Of a stretch of 64,000 nt of DNA, positions 38,551-51,200 are shown one piece after another. The notes beneath the pieces are model-generated. The model was not told the DNA's origin. It ran no database searches and saw nothing but the letters and a program-made list of their open reading frames with translations. The DNA comes from Klebsormidium nitens (taxonomy: Eukaryota; Plantae; Klebsormidiophyceae). Location: NCBI GenBank assembly GCA_000708835.1, contig DF237328.1, positions 25,647-89,646 of the forward strand. The letters are read 5' to 3'. Numbering within the stretch: the stretch's first letter is position 1; every line of letters starts with the position of its first letter. The position numbers were made by a program, and so were the translations under genes.

Positions 38551-41500
38551 ATGGGTAGCTACTACGGCCCCTACGAGGCGTCCTCCTCCGACATGCTCCA
38601 CACGCAGCACCCCACCGACTTCGAGATGGATCATTTCCTGTCGCTTGGGAGTTCCCCCCTGCTAGGCCCAACCGGGAAAGGATTAGGGGGCGGCATGAAG
38701 GAACTGGGGGACAGCCTCGATGCCGACGCAGGGGGACGCACTGTGCGAGCTGGGAGAGTTTCCATGTTCGGCGATCTTGTGCCGATCAGCGAGGCATACC
38801 CGGTTCCCAACTCCGAACCTCTAACCTCGTTTCTCAACGGGCCGGATGGGCACGCCCCGGGGGACGAAGCGTTCGGCAAGTCGCTGCACGAGCCGAATTT
38901 GCTGGAGTCGTTTCTAGAGAAGGAGCATCCCCCCAGTGCGGCACTCCGTGAGGATGGGGTTGATGGGATGCAGACCGGGGAGAGGATGCCGCCCCCTTAT
39001 AGGGAAGGCTTTGAGGGATCTGCACACGGGGGGCTGCGCTCTGTGCACCAGACGCGGGACTTCATGAGCGGGGGCCACCCCAGTCAGGGAATGTACGATG
39101 GCTCAGTTCACCAGGCGGGGGGTTATGAGGGTTCCGCGCACCGGGGTCACGTTTTTGAAGCGTCGGGCCACGGTTTCGAGGGGTCTGCGCACCGGGGCCA
39201 GGCGTTTGACGGTTCGGGGCATCACAGCAGGGGGTATGATGGGTCCACACACCACAGCAGGGGGTTTGCAGGCTCCTCGCATCGAGTTTCCGGGTTTGAG
39301 GGTTTGGGCCATCACGGCCAGGCTTTCGAGGGGTCCCACCACAGCCAAGGCTATGAGGGGTCCGTCACCGGGATCTCGGCATTCCCCCAGGGGGGCCAGG
39401 TGTCGAGTTCTCCACCAACCGGGGGGGTTCAGGTATTCAGCACAACTGGGCACGGGTTCAGCACGTCGTTTGCGGCCTCGGATTCTTCGTTCAGCATTCC
39501 GATGAACAGCGCGGAGCAATATGCCCGAACGGTGTCCCATTCGCTGGCGGGCAGCAGCGGGGGGGGTTCGTCACAGGGGGGGGACTATTTCTCCTCCGAA
39601 ATAGGGGGGCAAGATGGGTCGTTCCGAGGGGGGGGGTGCTGAACTCGGTGCTAGTCCAGGGGCCAAATTTCCTGCCGAATGGACAGCGGATGTGCGCATG
39701 GCGGGGGTGCGAAATTGCGGCTAGGGGGAGGACCGCGTTTTGCATTGTCCACGGAGGGGGGAAGAAGTGCACGACCGAGGACTGCAGCAACGCAGCGGAG
39801 GGGAGGACAAAGTTCTGCAAGGCGCACGGGGGGGGAAAGACGTGCTCGGTGGAGGGGTGCCCAAAGAGCGCCGGTAAGGAAGACCAACCAGGTGAAGCTC
39901 CTTGTCCTGAGTGTGCATGCACAAAAAGCTGCCGTCACCCATTTGGGTCGCTAGTCTGCTGGGTTGCGTGATTGCACCTACTGGGAAATTTGCAGGGTCC
40001 TCTTTGCTCGCATAACCAACATACGCTGGGTGCACGAATCTCTGCAAGGGTTGCGTGACTGCACCTACTGGGAAGCTTGCAGGCTCCTCTTTGGCCGCTT
40101 AACTAGAATGCGCTGGGTGCACATTATTTTTGCACAAAGGAATGCGTTGTCTTGCAACATCCTCACTGCACAACTAGTTGTCCAAGATAGCCCTTGGCAG
40201 AGGACTGATGTACTTATTCGAAAAGGTCCTTCGGGAACGACCCCTCACTGTAATATATGTCAGTGAAAGGTGCTACTGATCCTTACATGGAGCTAATTGT
40301 GAGGGCTTAATTTCGGAGAGGGTCGCGCAAGGTGTCCATTTCAGAAGGCAGGGTTGAGATTCCCGAGTAGGACAGAGAACCACTTGTGATCAATGACGGC
40401 GATACAGTGCTGATAATGACTTAAAACACCTCACAACATGAACGTTTTGATCATGAACCTGATTATTTTACCCCACTACCTCGGAGCTGACTGTCTAGTC
40501 TGCCGACGGATTGCTCGAGAACTGCAAGCTTGTCTATGTGTCACTTATACAACCTTCTTCTCTGCAGAGGGCAAGGCGCAAATGTGCATTGCACACGGAG
40601 GCGGGCGGAGGTGCAAGGCTGAGGGCTGTACTCACAGTGCGCGAGGCAGCTCCGGCCTGTGCATACGGCACGGGGGTGGGAAGCGGTGTCAGCGGGAGAA
40701 CTGCCAACGGAGCGCCGAGGGGCATACCCAGCTGTGCATCAGTCACGGAGGTCAGCACACTTCGTTGCAAGTGTATCTCGTTGTGGAATCGCAAAGTTCG
40801 AAGCTGGCTCAGTCGTATCTTCAGCTCGGATTGCTGTGCTGGCCTCTGGTCAAATTTGAGGCACTGGGGTCGAACAGAGTTTCGCTGTCTTCATTTCTGC
40901 TCAAAATGTCCATTATTGATACCCTTTGTTGTCCCACAAACCAGGCGCTTGGAGTGCCAAAGTGTTCGTATGAACGGGGCGTTGATTGGATCTCAGGTTG
41001 TCTGAAGGTTCTGTCCTTGCTCCATTTACAGATCTTCATTATGGACCTCCTGTTTCTTCCTCCTGGCCTTCCCATCACTCCCTCGCTCGTCCACGGTTCG
41101 CTGATGCTGGGCTCCATTAAGCGAGTTGCCAAAAGCCCTTTATCCTGGCTTTGTTTGACACAAGCTGCTAATCCCGCTGGCAGGTGGGCGGCGGTGTCAA
41201 GCGCTGGGCTGCACCAAGGGCGCCCAGGGAAGCACCAACTTCTGCAAGGCGCATGGGGGGGGGCGTCGGTGCGTCATGCCCGGATGCACCAAAGGCGCGG
41301 AGGGGCGGACGCCGTTTTGCAAAGCGCACGGGGGGGGCAACCGCTGCAGTTACGAGGGGGGGCAGGCCTGCACGAGAAGCGTCCATGGGGGGACCAAGTT
41401 TTGTGTAGCGCATGGAGGCGGGAAAAGGTGAGGAAGTAGAACCGGCTTAGTCTGGGGGAGCTTGAAAGTCAGAAGAGGATGGATCCTGACACGGGGTCAA

Positions 41501-44407
41501 AAGGGTTGCTCTTGTAAGGGTTGGCTAGTTGGACAATCTTGTGGTTATCCGAAAACGGTTTTCCTGCTGTGCACAGTCGGCTGTAACTTTTTTATCAGCA
41601 TCACGACAAGCTTCACTGCGAGCTCTGTGTTCCAGCATCCTCTCGCTTGACCAGACTGTCACAGTGGACAGCAGCTACGTTGATTTGCTGAACCCAGCTT
41701 TGAGTGTCCCCCGGAAGTGCATAAGCGCTTTTCGTTGCGCCCAAGCATCTGCGGAAGTGTATGCCATCCTCAGAATCGACGATACTCATGGGAGACTCTG
41801 TTTCCGACCGGGTTTGCAGTTCTTTGACCGGACTTTGTGTTTACTGGCGGCTTCCTACGATTATTGGGTGTCCAATCAACCTCTTTCCTCGAGTACTTTT
41901 ATGGGTCTCTCAATGCAAAGAGGAGACAAGTTATCTGGCTATGGAACTTATGTTTTCTCGCTTGCAGATGCCAAAATCGGGTCTCCTTCCTGAGTTACTC
42001 TCAACCATGAACTTAGTGGCGTCTTTCCTTTCCAAATCCTCAATAGTAGCCGACCTTGCCTCCATCCTTCCAGGCTTTCAGATCTTACAAATCTCTTACT
42101 TCCTTCTAGAGCCTTTTGATGGTCCCTCCTTCAGAGTGTGCGTGTGTTGCCCCCCTTTGACGGAAGTCCCGCTCCTCTCACAGGTGTAAGTTTTTGGGGT
42201 GCACCAAAAGCGCCCGCGGTCGGACCGACTTCTGCGTGCGACATGGCGGCGGCAAGCGCTGCGTTGCGCCAGGCTGCGACAAGTCCGCGCAGGGGAAAAC
42301 GGACCTGTGCAAGGCGCACGGGGGCGGGAAGAAGTGCCAATACAAGGCCGACGATTTCCTCTCTCCTTGCGAGCGTTTTGCTCGCGGGAAGACGGGCCTT
42401 TGCGCCGCCCACATGGCTCTGATGAAGAAGAAGGAAAAGGAGCAGGCGGAGGAACTAGGCGTGCCGGAAAATGGAATGCAGCTCGGCACGCCAGGGGGGC
42501 CGCAGGGGCTGTGGATGCGCGCGGGGGGAGAAGGGCCGGAGGCTAACCAGCTGTTCTACCACGTTTTTGCGCCCAACGATCAGTTCGGGGCGGCGAGGGC
42601 ACAGGTCGGGGTTGACGAGTTCGAGGACCAGAAGATGCCGTTTATCGCAATGCCGCTTGGGCCGCCGGACGCGGACTCGAACAAGTTTGGCGAGGGCCGC
42701 GTGCGCGGCGGGGGTGGCGCCGCGCAGCTGCTGAACGCGCCCCCGGTCTCGTCGGGGCTCGCCGACATGGACGTCCAGAAGCTGGACGAAGTGAATGCGT
42801 TCCGGCAAGCGGAGGCCTCTCGGATCGTTTCGCTATACAACCAGAACGCGAGCCCCGACGTTCGGCATGTCGTGGGTGCTGCGCACGAGACGCTGTCGGC
42901 CGGGGGGGGCGTTTTTGGCTGGGCGAGTCACCGGGGGCAGGAGGGTGTTGCGGAAAGCGGGCCGGAGTCGGTCGGGGGGTCAAGTTCCGGTCGGTTAACG
43001 GACGCGCTTTTCTCAGAGGCGTATCCGGGAAGCGGGGACGAGCGCGTGAGGGGGGAGTCGAGCGTGCTGACGTGGCTACAGTCGGGTCTCCCCCTGGAAA
43101 AGTTGTCGAGCGGGTACGGGTTTTCGGATTCGGGAAGCAGCCACGGGGGCGGGGGGGGCAGCACCCATGCGGGGAGTCTGTTCACCAGTCACCTCGGCGG
43201 AGGCGGGCAAAAGGAAGAGGGTAGCAAGCACGGCGGCGACGAAATGGGGGGGTCCAGAGGTTTCGTCGGCCATGAATCGATGAACCTTTCGAACTCTGGC
43301 AGGGGGTTGTCGAGGGGGACTAACAGCAGTGGAATTGTGGATCCGTCTCAGGGGGGAATGAGCTCGCAGGGGTCTGCACACATGGGCGCCCCCCTGCCGA
43401 CGGTTGAGGCGTTTTTGGCAGGGTTCGAAGCCGGGCGGAAGCGAGGGGGGGCGGGCTCGAGCCTCAGCGCAGGGGCTGTTCGCAACCCCCCGAGAGGGGG
43501 TGCGTTTCAAAGTTTCAGCGATGGGGGCCTCCTCTCACGGCGGCCGTTCAAGCCCGACCTGCGGGGTTGGGAGTTTGGGGTCAACAATAACCAGCCCGGG
43601 TTAGGCCATGAGCAGGGTCCCAGCGCCCACAACTCGCATGGGTTAGGGACTAACCCGGGTCCCGGGGCCCGGGAGGCGCTGGGGAGTCTCCGAAGGCTGC
43701 AGGAGCGGCAGTGGCAGGAGGTGCAGCGTGGGCGGGCCTCGGGTGACGTCAGCATGATGGACCAAGTGGCGTCATTGAGTTCGCCGGTGTGGCTGGCGGA
43801 CGATGCGGGTGAGATGCCACCCCCTCGGAGCGCGGGCGGTGGCCGGGCCCATGGGTACGGGGGGCCGTTCATGACGCGGCGCTCGCGGGAAGATTTGCAG
43901 CAAGCTCCTCCGGCGAGCGGAGGTGCGCCGTTTTTGGATGCGCCGCGGCGGTTCCATTTTGACGCGGACTCCGACCAGGAGACCTCGACGTTTGCTGGGA
44001 GCATTCTCACGCACGGCGGTCTCGGGGAGGACGAAAGCGTGCGGGGAGGGAACGCGTTTTACACGGACGAGCCGCTCGCCAGCGAGACGCTGAACCATTT
44101 GATGCTGAGGGACGAGCCGGAGCGTGCGCCGAGCCCGGCAACAGTGGCGTTTGTTGCAACTAGCATGATGGACTCACCGGCGGTCGCGCCGCTACCGAAG
44201 AGCCTCGAGGGGTTGGGGCCGGACGATCTTGGGCCGGATCTGGAGCATGGGACATTTAGCGGGATGATGGCGTCGATAATCAACAACAGCCCGCAGCTGA
44301 ACGTGCAGTTCCAACCGACCTCCGTGGGGATGCAGAAGCTAGATCTGCCGGAGCCTGCTGCTGACAACGTGTTGAGCAACGTTAGCGGGGTATTTGAACA
44401 TGTTTGA
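38551..44407 (+). CDS. WRKY19-type zinc-finger repeat protein (11 C-x4-C..C-x2-H-GGG repeats; plant 'loricrin/hornerin-like' family), about 1324 aa if the frameshift is repaired; no WRKY domain seen
   Basis: Exons 38551-39873, 40568-40750, 41184-41427, 42184-44407. Repeats such as KRCQRENCQRSAEGHTQLCISHGGG run in frame across the introns. A C-terminal EGRVRGGG motif resembles the family EGRVHGG. Exon 1 needs one extra G in the G9 run at 39628-39636 to join ORF 38503-39642 to ORF 39636-39971. Confidence 0.88.
39007..39366 (+). repeat. Coding ~10-aa imperfect repeat [G/A][F/Y][E/D]GS.H in the zinc-finger protein N-terminus
   Basis: GFEGSAHGG, GYEGSAHRG, GFEGSAHRG, AFDGSGHH, GYDGSTHH, GFAGSSHR, GFEGLGHH, AFEGSHH, GYEGSV. 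Confidence 0.85.
39961..40120. repeat. Two-copy ~88-nt intronic tandem duplication
   Basis: gggttgcgtga(t/c)tgcacctactgggaa..tgcagg..cctcttt..cgctgggtgcac occurs at 39961 and 40048. Confidence 0.85.
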
Positions 44408-45248
44408 GGACCCCCTGTCTACAAGTCAGAAACGACTGCTAGGCCGGTAGCTGTAGATTGAATAGACGTAAGCCGCATGAGAAGCGTAGGGGAAGCAAGC
44501 ACATTGTACGGGTCCTTCGAACGTTTGAAACTTGAAGCATTTCAAACGATTCTTGGGCATGAGGCGTAGGTCTAAACTTAAGGAAAAGGTTAGAGAAATT
44601 GTCGCATTATGGTGTATTGGAGCCGCTCTTTAAAAAGCGCTAATGATTATACCAGTTGTAGATCTATTAAAATAAGGTAGGATGTACAAAACGTAGATCC
44701 TAGTTTTGAGTTTCTCTTTTGGTCCGACGAGCAAGACCTCAATTGACATTGTATTGAGTCCGTGCCTTTCTGCGCGGGGCCATGATCCTGATTGACAGGA
44801 TGATCTATTATTAAAGGTCTCACTATAGCTGAACTAGTAGACCGAATTGAAGTTGGCGACTGAAGGTCTGAGTCCCCGGCCGGCCTCACGTCGTCAAATA
44901 GGTATGAATCAGATATGGCATTGATTAGATGATGCACAATTGGCAAATCGATCGCGAGGGATCCGATTGGCGAACGATCATTATAGGCTGGCCGGGTCAG
45001 GCTAGCTTTAGGATGTGCTGGTCGATGTACCATGCGCGGCGCATGCACTGCAATTTCGTTGCAGGGAGTGCCGCGCAATACAGTGCGAGCATGCATGCGT
45101 TGAATGTAGTTAACCGAGAGACCAGGCCACCGAGAACATGTGCCCCGAAAGACAAGGGGTAGAAAGCGCAGAATGCTACATCCAAATCCACGGTTCCTAT
45201 AATTTCCTCCGGTGTCCCAGGTCGCTATGATCGCAGTAGGCCGTAAAC

Positions 45249-48200
45249 TTATTTGGGTTGGATACTTTGCTGCTCGTAGATCTGGAGGTACGCCTCAGAA
45301 AGAGCTACCATCTGCGGGAGGATCTCCGTAACGTGTAGGTCTTGCAGCTCGTACCTGTCGAAGAATCGAAAGAAGTGAGTGACGGTAGTGTAAGTGAAAC
45401 CGCAACGCAAAAGGGAACCCCATCTACCACGAGCCCTAGGCAGTCTCTGAAAAAGTCGCCGAAACACTTTGGGAGGCATGTCGCAACAAAGGCTCGTTGT
45501 TTCCCCGCAGAAAGCGGGTCAAAAAGGTCCCACTCGCTCCTCAACGGCATCTAACGAAGCTTTTTTGCGACAGAATCTGTCAGATATGCGGCTTCGGCAT
45601 GTCGTTCTACAAACCCGTCTCACACCAACATACGAGCTCTGCTGACAAACAAACGCCACACGAAAATTCTCAAAAAAAATCGATCAATCCAGATCGACAA
45701 ACTTTTGCTGGTCAATGCAATGACCCGGTTCGAGGAGTGGCCCAAAACAAACCGCCAATCTTATCGACATTTCGTGCCAGAATCTCTCCTGCAGTCAGAC
45801 AACAAATGGTCCTCGACTTGGCTATACTTTCCTTGCCGTTCCTTCCCTTCTTTGACTTGACTCCTCTTTTTGACCAAGTCAAGCGAGTGAAAGGAAAGGA
45901 ATGAGCAGCCGTCGGGTAGTTAAAAGAGAACAAGGAGCTCAAGGGGAGCGCATATAACAGGTCATCTGCCTGTCGCCAAAATCGGGTTTAACAAACACAA
46001 ACAGTCAACAGTCGGGAAAGAGTCGAAAGGTAGATCGAGGGCAGGCAGTACTCACCACACGTCTTCCGACTTTCGGTGCACAAACGCGCGGTACGTCCCC
46101 TCCTTCGGCCGCCCGTCGTGCGTGATATTCGCGATCAGATCGTACTTGGACCCCCCCGGAGGCACCTCGATATAGTCCTTGAGCTCTAAGTTTTTGACGG
46201 GGAAGTTGACTGCAGAGACGCAGGCAGACAATCAGCGTCGCGAGTCGTACAAGAATTCTGTTGCTGCCATCAAACACCTCGAGAAGGACTGGCAAAAGTC
46301 AGTACTGCTCTCGGATTTTGAAAAGAATGTCTGCAGGAAACAGGTGCTTAGGGACCCCTGTGAAATAAAAGCAGCAACTTCCAATCGGAATGAGGTGGTT
46401 CGTGGCTATATCACTGGGACGAGTTCGTACGTAGCTTGACGGAGCCCACGTAACCTGAGAGTCTTTGACAAGTTTGGAACGATTGGAGAAAATTGTGAGG
46501 GAGCACCGTTCTGTCAATTCGAACAAGCACTTTGAGCGTTTTGTATCCCCGAGTTCTGCGCATCAGGTCACTGCAAACGAATCCACGGAGTAAGCACCTC
46601 AGGCTGGGCCGAGCGTTGCATCTCGGCCGCTTTACGAAAACAAGAAAGTACTGATGCACCGCCCACGTCTTGACACTGCTCTGCATGTTTCGAAGGTAAG
46701 CTTTCTCCAAAGGTGGCGAGTATGCAAATAGCACGCAATATACCTTCAGGTCATCTCGGCCGCCCTACAAGTGTTTGGCGAGGCGCCTATGTGTATCGAG
46801 TGGGACGGAATTTAACCCTGGTGGTTCGGCAACCAGGATCGGGGAGCACGAAAGATCAGCTGAGCAAGTAAACACGTAGATGAGACGAAACGGGAGACTT
46901 GCACATGGACAAGGAGTCTACTGTCAACATTGGTCCTCTCCCGCCTCCGTCACCCTTACCGATGGTCGGGTTCTTTTCTATGAAGAAGCTGTTCTTCGTG
47001 AACCGCTTCATGTGGAGGATTAGGTACCGCGGCAGCTTCGTGACTCGGAAGCGCTTCCGACCGGTTTTCACGTTCTCGGTGACTGTATCGCCGTCGTATT
47101 TCTTGATGATCTGGAAAAGGGGAACCTGAACGGACGAGGGCGTGCCACGTGTCGATAATTGGGAATCGCAAGAATGGAGGAATTGCACCTTGGACACGCA
47201 TCGCAAATAGTTGCACAGAAAAACAAGTCTTTGATCCTGTCTAATCTTCTTACTCGGTCTCAGAAGATGATGTCCATCTCCCGCGATTCACACGGCGTCG
47301 ACAGCGAGTCGAACGGACCTATGTTTGCAATCCGAAGTCTGAGTGAAGCCTAAAAACCCCTTCAATGGAGTCAAAGGCTCACATGAGGCATCGCGACGTC
47401 TTGAACCCCAGATTTGAATGCGCTTTCGATACACTTTGATGATTACCTGGGGGATGATGTTCTTCTCGAGTGCGTCTTTGAACAGTGGCGGCGGCGGCAG
47501 ATCTAGACCCAGCATCAGAAAGGGCATGCGCGCCGTCGTCTGCGAGAACCGGGGCGCTTCCCCGGGCTCGTCCGCCCTCTTTCCTTTCCCCGCAATTGCC
47601 TCCGCTCCCGGCTTGATCGGCGTTTCCGTCGTTACCTCCAACTCGCCCTGCAAGAAAGACGTTGGCTGACGTCAGCTGCTTCTGTAAGTGAATTACGTCA
47701 GCGTATGGCTCCTAACCGCACAATGTTATAAGGGGCGGGAGGCAGCAATCAGCGCCCGGCTTGATCGGCATCTCCGTCGTTACCTCCAACTCCCCCTGCA
47801 AGGATATGGATTGCTTACGTCAGCTGCTTGCGATGTTATTCACGTCAGCAAGAGGCGCAGTATGATCACAAGCGGGCGGCAGCAATGGGACCCCGGCTTG
47901 ATCGGCGTCAGCTGCTTGCGTGACTACCTGATTCACGTCAGCAAAAGGCGTGCGTATGATCGGCAAGCGACTGGCACCCGGCTTGATCTGCGTCTCCGTC
48001 GTTACCTCCAACTCGCCGTGCAAAAGAATATGCTGACGTCAGCTGCTTCTGTCAGTGATCTACCCCAGCAAAGGGCTGCTAACGCAGATTTGATGAGGGA
48101 CGGGAGGCAGCAATTTCCTCCGCCCCCGGCTTAATCTAGCGTCTCCGTCGTTCTCTCCAACTCGCTCTGCAGGGAAACGGTTCACGTCAGTTGCTTCTGT

Positions 48201-51200
48201 CAGTGGATAATTTCAGCAAGAAGCTGCAAAATGCACGGTGTGATGGCAGCAACCGGCCGCCGGGTTGATCGTGTCTCCGTCAATGCCTACACCTTGCCCT
48301 GGAAGGACAATGTTGCTGACGTCAGCAAGCCTCTTTTCTCGGCGAGCTGTGACACGGACTTGCCAATCTCGCAGGAGACGAAAAGCTGCTGGCTGTGTGT
48401 TCACAAGTTCGGTGTCCTCCGTGTGTCTGCAACACACGGAGGGAGGGTTCACCTAATTTGATGCTGTTTCTCACCTGGAAGCACTTGTAGATTATGCTGC
48501 TGTCTGGATCCTTCGTCCCTCCCAGGTCTACATGTAGTGTGTTGAGAAGCCACGACAGAAACTCGACGGGATCGCTCTGCGCGCCGATGCGGAACCGCTT
48601 CTTGCTCGCCACCATAACCGCTTGCAGGAACTCGTGGGGGCTCACCTGGGCGACACGTGGCAGAGGGTGTCAGGGAACACGTGGAGGAGGATGGCAGAGG
48701 AGACACGGGGTGAACTGTTTTTGGGGGTAAGCGCATCAAATTGGTAAACAGTGTAGCAACTTAGCCATCGGACTGATTGCCGTTCAAGTTAGAAGAGACG
48801 GTGCTGAGCATATAAAGGGAATATCTTTGGAGTATAGCAAATGATAGGAATTCGTACGAACGCCGACACTTCGTGGTCAGATTATCAAGACTCGGTCGAG
48901 CAATTCCTCGAAACAAGGAGCAACGTGAGACTCCATGCTGCGCTAAGGGCGAAGCTATTAAAGATTTCAAGGACGGCAGGAAGCAATTCCAAAGAGATGC
49001 TGCTCATGGAGACGATGCCGAACAGTTGCGTAAGAGAATGCACTCAACATAACTCAAAAGCACCTCGATAAGCACGTTGGCGTGTACCAATGACGCCGTT
49101 TTCTGTCGAAGCTCGTACCGCTTTTGAACAACGATTGGTCTGTTTTCGGAAACTTCAACTCACTACGCCACGTACCCGAGCTTGGACCGCCTCATTCTTA
49201 AGTCGGAGCGATCAACGGGCTCAAATGGACAAATCTCAATTCTATGTTGAGCTAGGCCAATGTCGGGTTCAAATGATTTCCTTGGGCTCAACTCCAGATA
49301 TAATCTGCTCTACGCCCGTACCCACACCTACCTCCAGATCAACCCTACCTGTCCCCCGGGCATGACCTAAGTACTCGGCCGTAACTTAACGCAATTTGAC
49401 ACTCTACTCTCAAAGAAAGAGTTAAAATACAAGGACCGCCAAGGTTGGGGGGAGATATTCGACATACCTGGCCCTTGAAGTTGCGCGGGTGCCACACTTT
49501 CCGCACGAGCTCTCCAAGCGTTTGTACGAGCGGGGAACGCACGTGGGCGTAGTTGGCGGGGAGCAGGAAGAAGTCGCGTACCGCGGTGGCGCGCAGCAGC
49601 GACTGGATGACCACGTTGATCGAGTCCGTCTCGCTGATGTTGTTCAGCCCGACCTAGTTGGAGAAGGAAAAAGAAGGTCATTTTGATTTCGAAAACACAG
49701 TGGTCTCTGAACATTGTTAGCAGAGTCGGTCTCGCTGATGTTGTTCAGCCCAACCTAGTTGGAGAAGGAAAAGAAGGACGGATTTCAGTTTGCACATAGA
49801 GCGGTTTCTTAAGATTGTCAGCAAACTGCTCGAGTCGGCCTTGTTGATGTTGTTCAGCCCAACCTAATTGGAGAAGGAAAAGGAAGGTCATTTTTTATGT
49901 TGAGAGTAGAGCGGTTCCTTCAAATTGTCAGCAAGTTAATCAATCCCGTCTTGCTGATGTTGTTCAGCCCAACCTGGCTGGAGAAGGGAAAATTGGTCAT
50001 GATATTCAAAAATAGAGCGAGTTCTTTCGATTGAGTTGCTCGAGTCGGTCTCGTTCATGTTGTTCAGCACGACCTGGTGAAGAGATTGATACAGTTTGTG
50101 AATAGTGAGCAATGTTGAGATTCGACCTAGGATGACATAGACTAGACAAGACGCGTCTTCAGCTTCGTTACGTTGACTGTTGACATTTCAAATACGTCTC
50201 ATTTGTTTCCTTCAGCTCTTTCAACCGGATGCCCAGAAGCATTTTGTCGAAAATCCCGGACAGACAGGCATTGACGCCAGACTAAGGAACAGAATACAAA
50301 GTTAATCTTTGACCGAGAAATACTGTGACCAAGGGTCCTCATGGCGTTCGATACTTGATTGGAGTTTGTTTGATGAATTATCCTCAGTGCAGTTTGGGTG
50401 TAGGGACAGTAAGTCTTTTGAGCTCTCGTTTCCAGATTGATTTCAACTCAACTCCTCGTTTCACCGGCCCTCCTCACACGACCACGTAGTGTGGTTGTAC
50501 CTCAGGGTGTGATTGCTCTGAGAAACAAATCGAACATCTGAACGGCTCAGGATGGCGCATATGCGGCTAGAGTACTCACCATTCCCGGCATGTATTCTGA
50601 CCCGTCCAGAGCGCGCGACCACTGCTTGTTGCTGTCCAGATGAGCGACGTGGTCCTTTGTAAACCTGCAGCAGTAAATGTGGTCTTGAATGAATGTATCA
50701 ATTGTACTTTTTCTTACTTGATCTGCGGATGATTGAAGAAACAGGTCAGCACATAACGCGCAACAACGACCTACCTTGGTGGCTTGAAGAAACTAGCAAG
50801 CGAAGAAATAGAGTAGGAAACTTGGTCCAGACGAAATTTCGATTGGCTGAGAAAAACACGGCTTGCCCGTCTCAGATACGTTCCAAACAGCCCAATGAAC
50901 TGCATACCCACCTCAAAGTACAGACTACAGGCTGGAACACAAAAGTCCTACTAGGAGCATCGTCCATTAGTAACTTCAAGCAAAGCACAAGGAGCTAGGA
51001 AGAATCGAGGTAGTACTAACCGCGGGTTCAGCACGCTCTTGATGTCCTCAAGCGAGGGGTCCAGAACTTCGTAGCCATCCGGAAGGCAGTACACCTTTTC
51101 TGTGTGGAGGTTAACAAACACGTGGTGATCCTGCTCTAGGCTATGTACATATGCGTGCGAGGTTCTCCCTCGGCCCTGAAAGTATTTTCCGCACACGAGG

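Noticed and set aside
42455-44379. Long antisense or alternative-frame ORFs (e.g. 43507-44010, 43076-43510; also 62611-63615 and 19305-19745)
   Set aside because: They are shadows of GC-rich coding exons on the opposite strand or frame.
44880-45120. Clusters of short hairpins suggesting a MITE/Helitron (also 57130-57700)
   Set aside because: No terminal inverted repeats, TSD or CTRR end were identified, and there is no second copy in the window.
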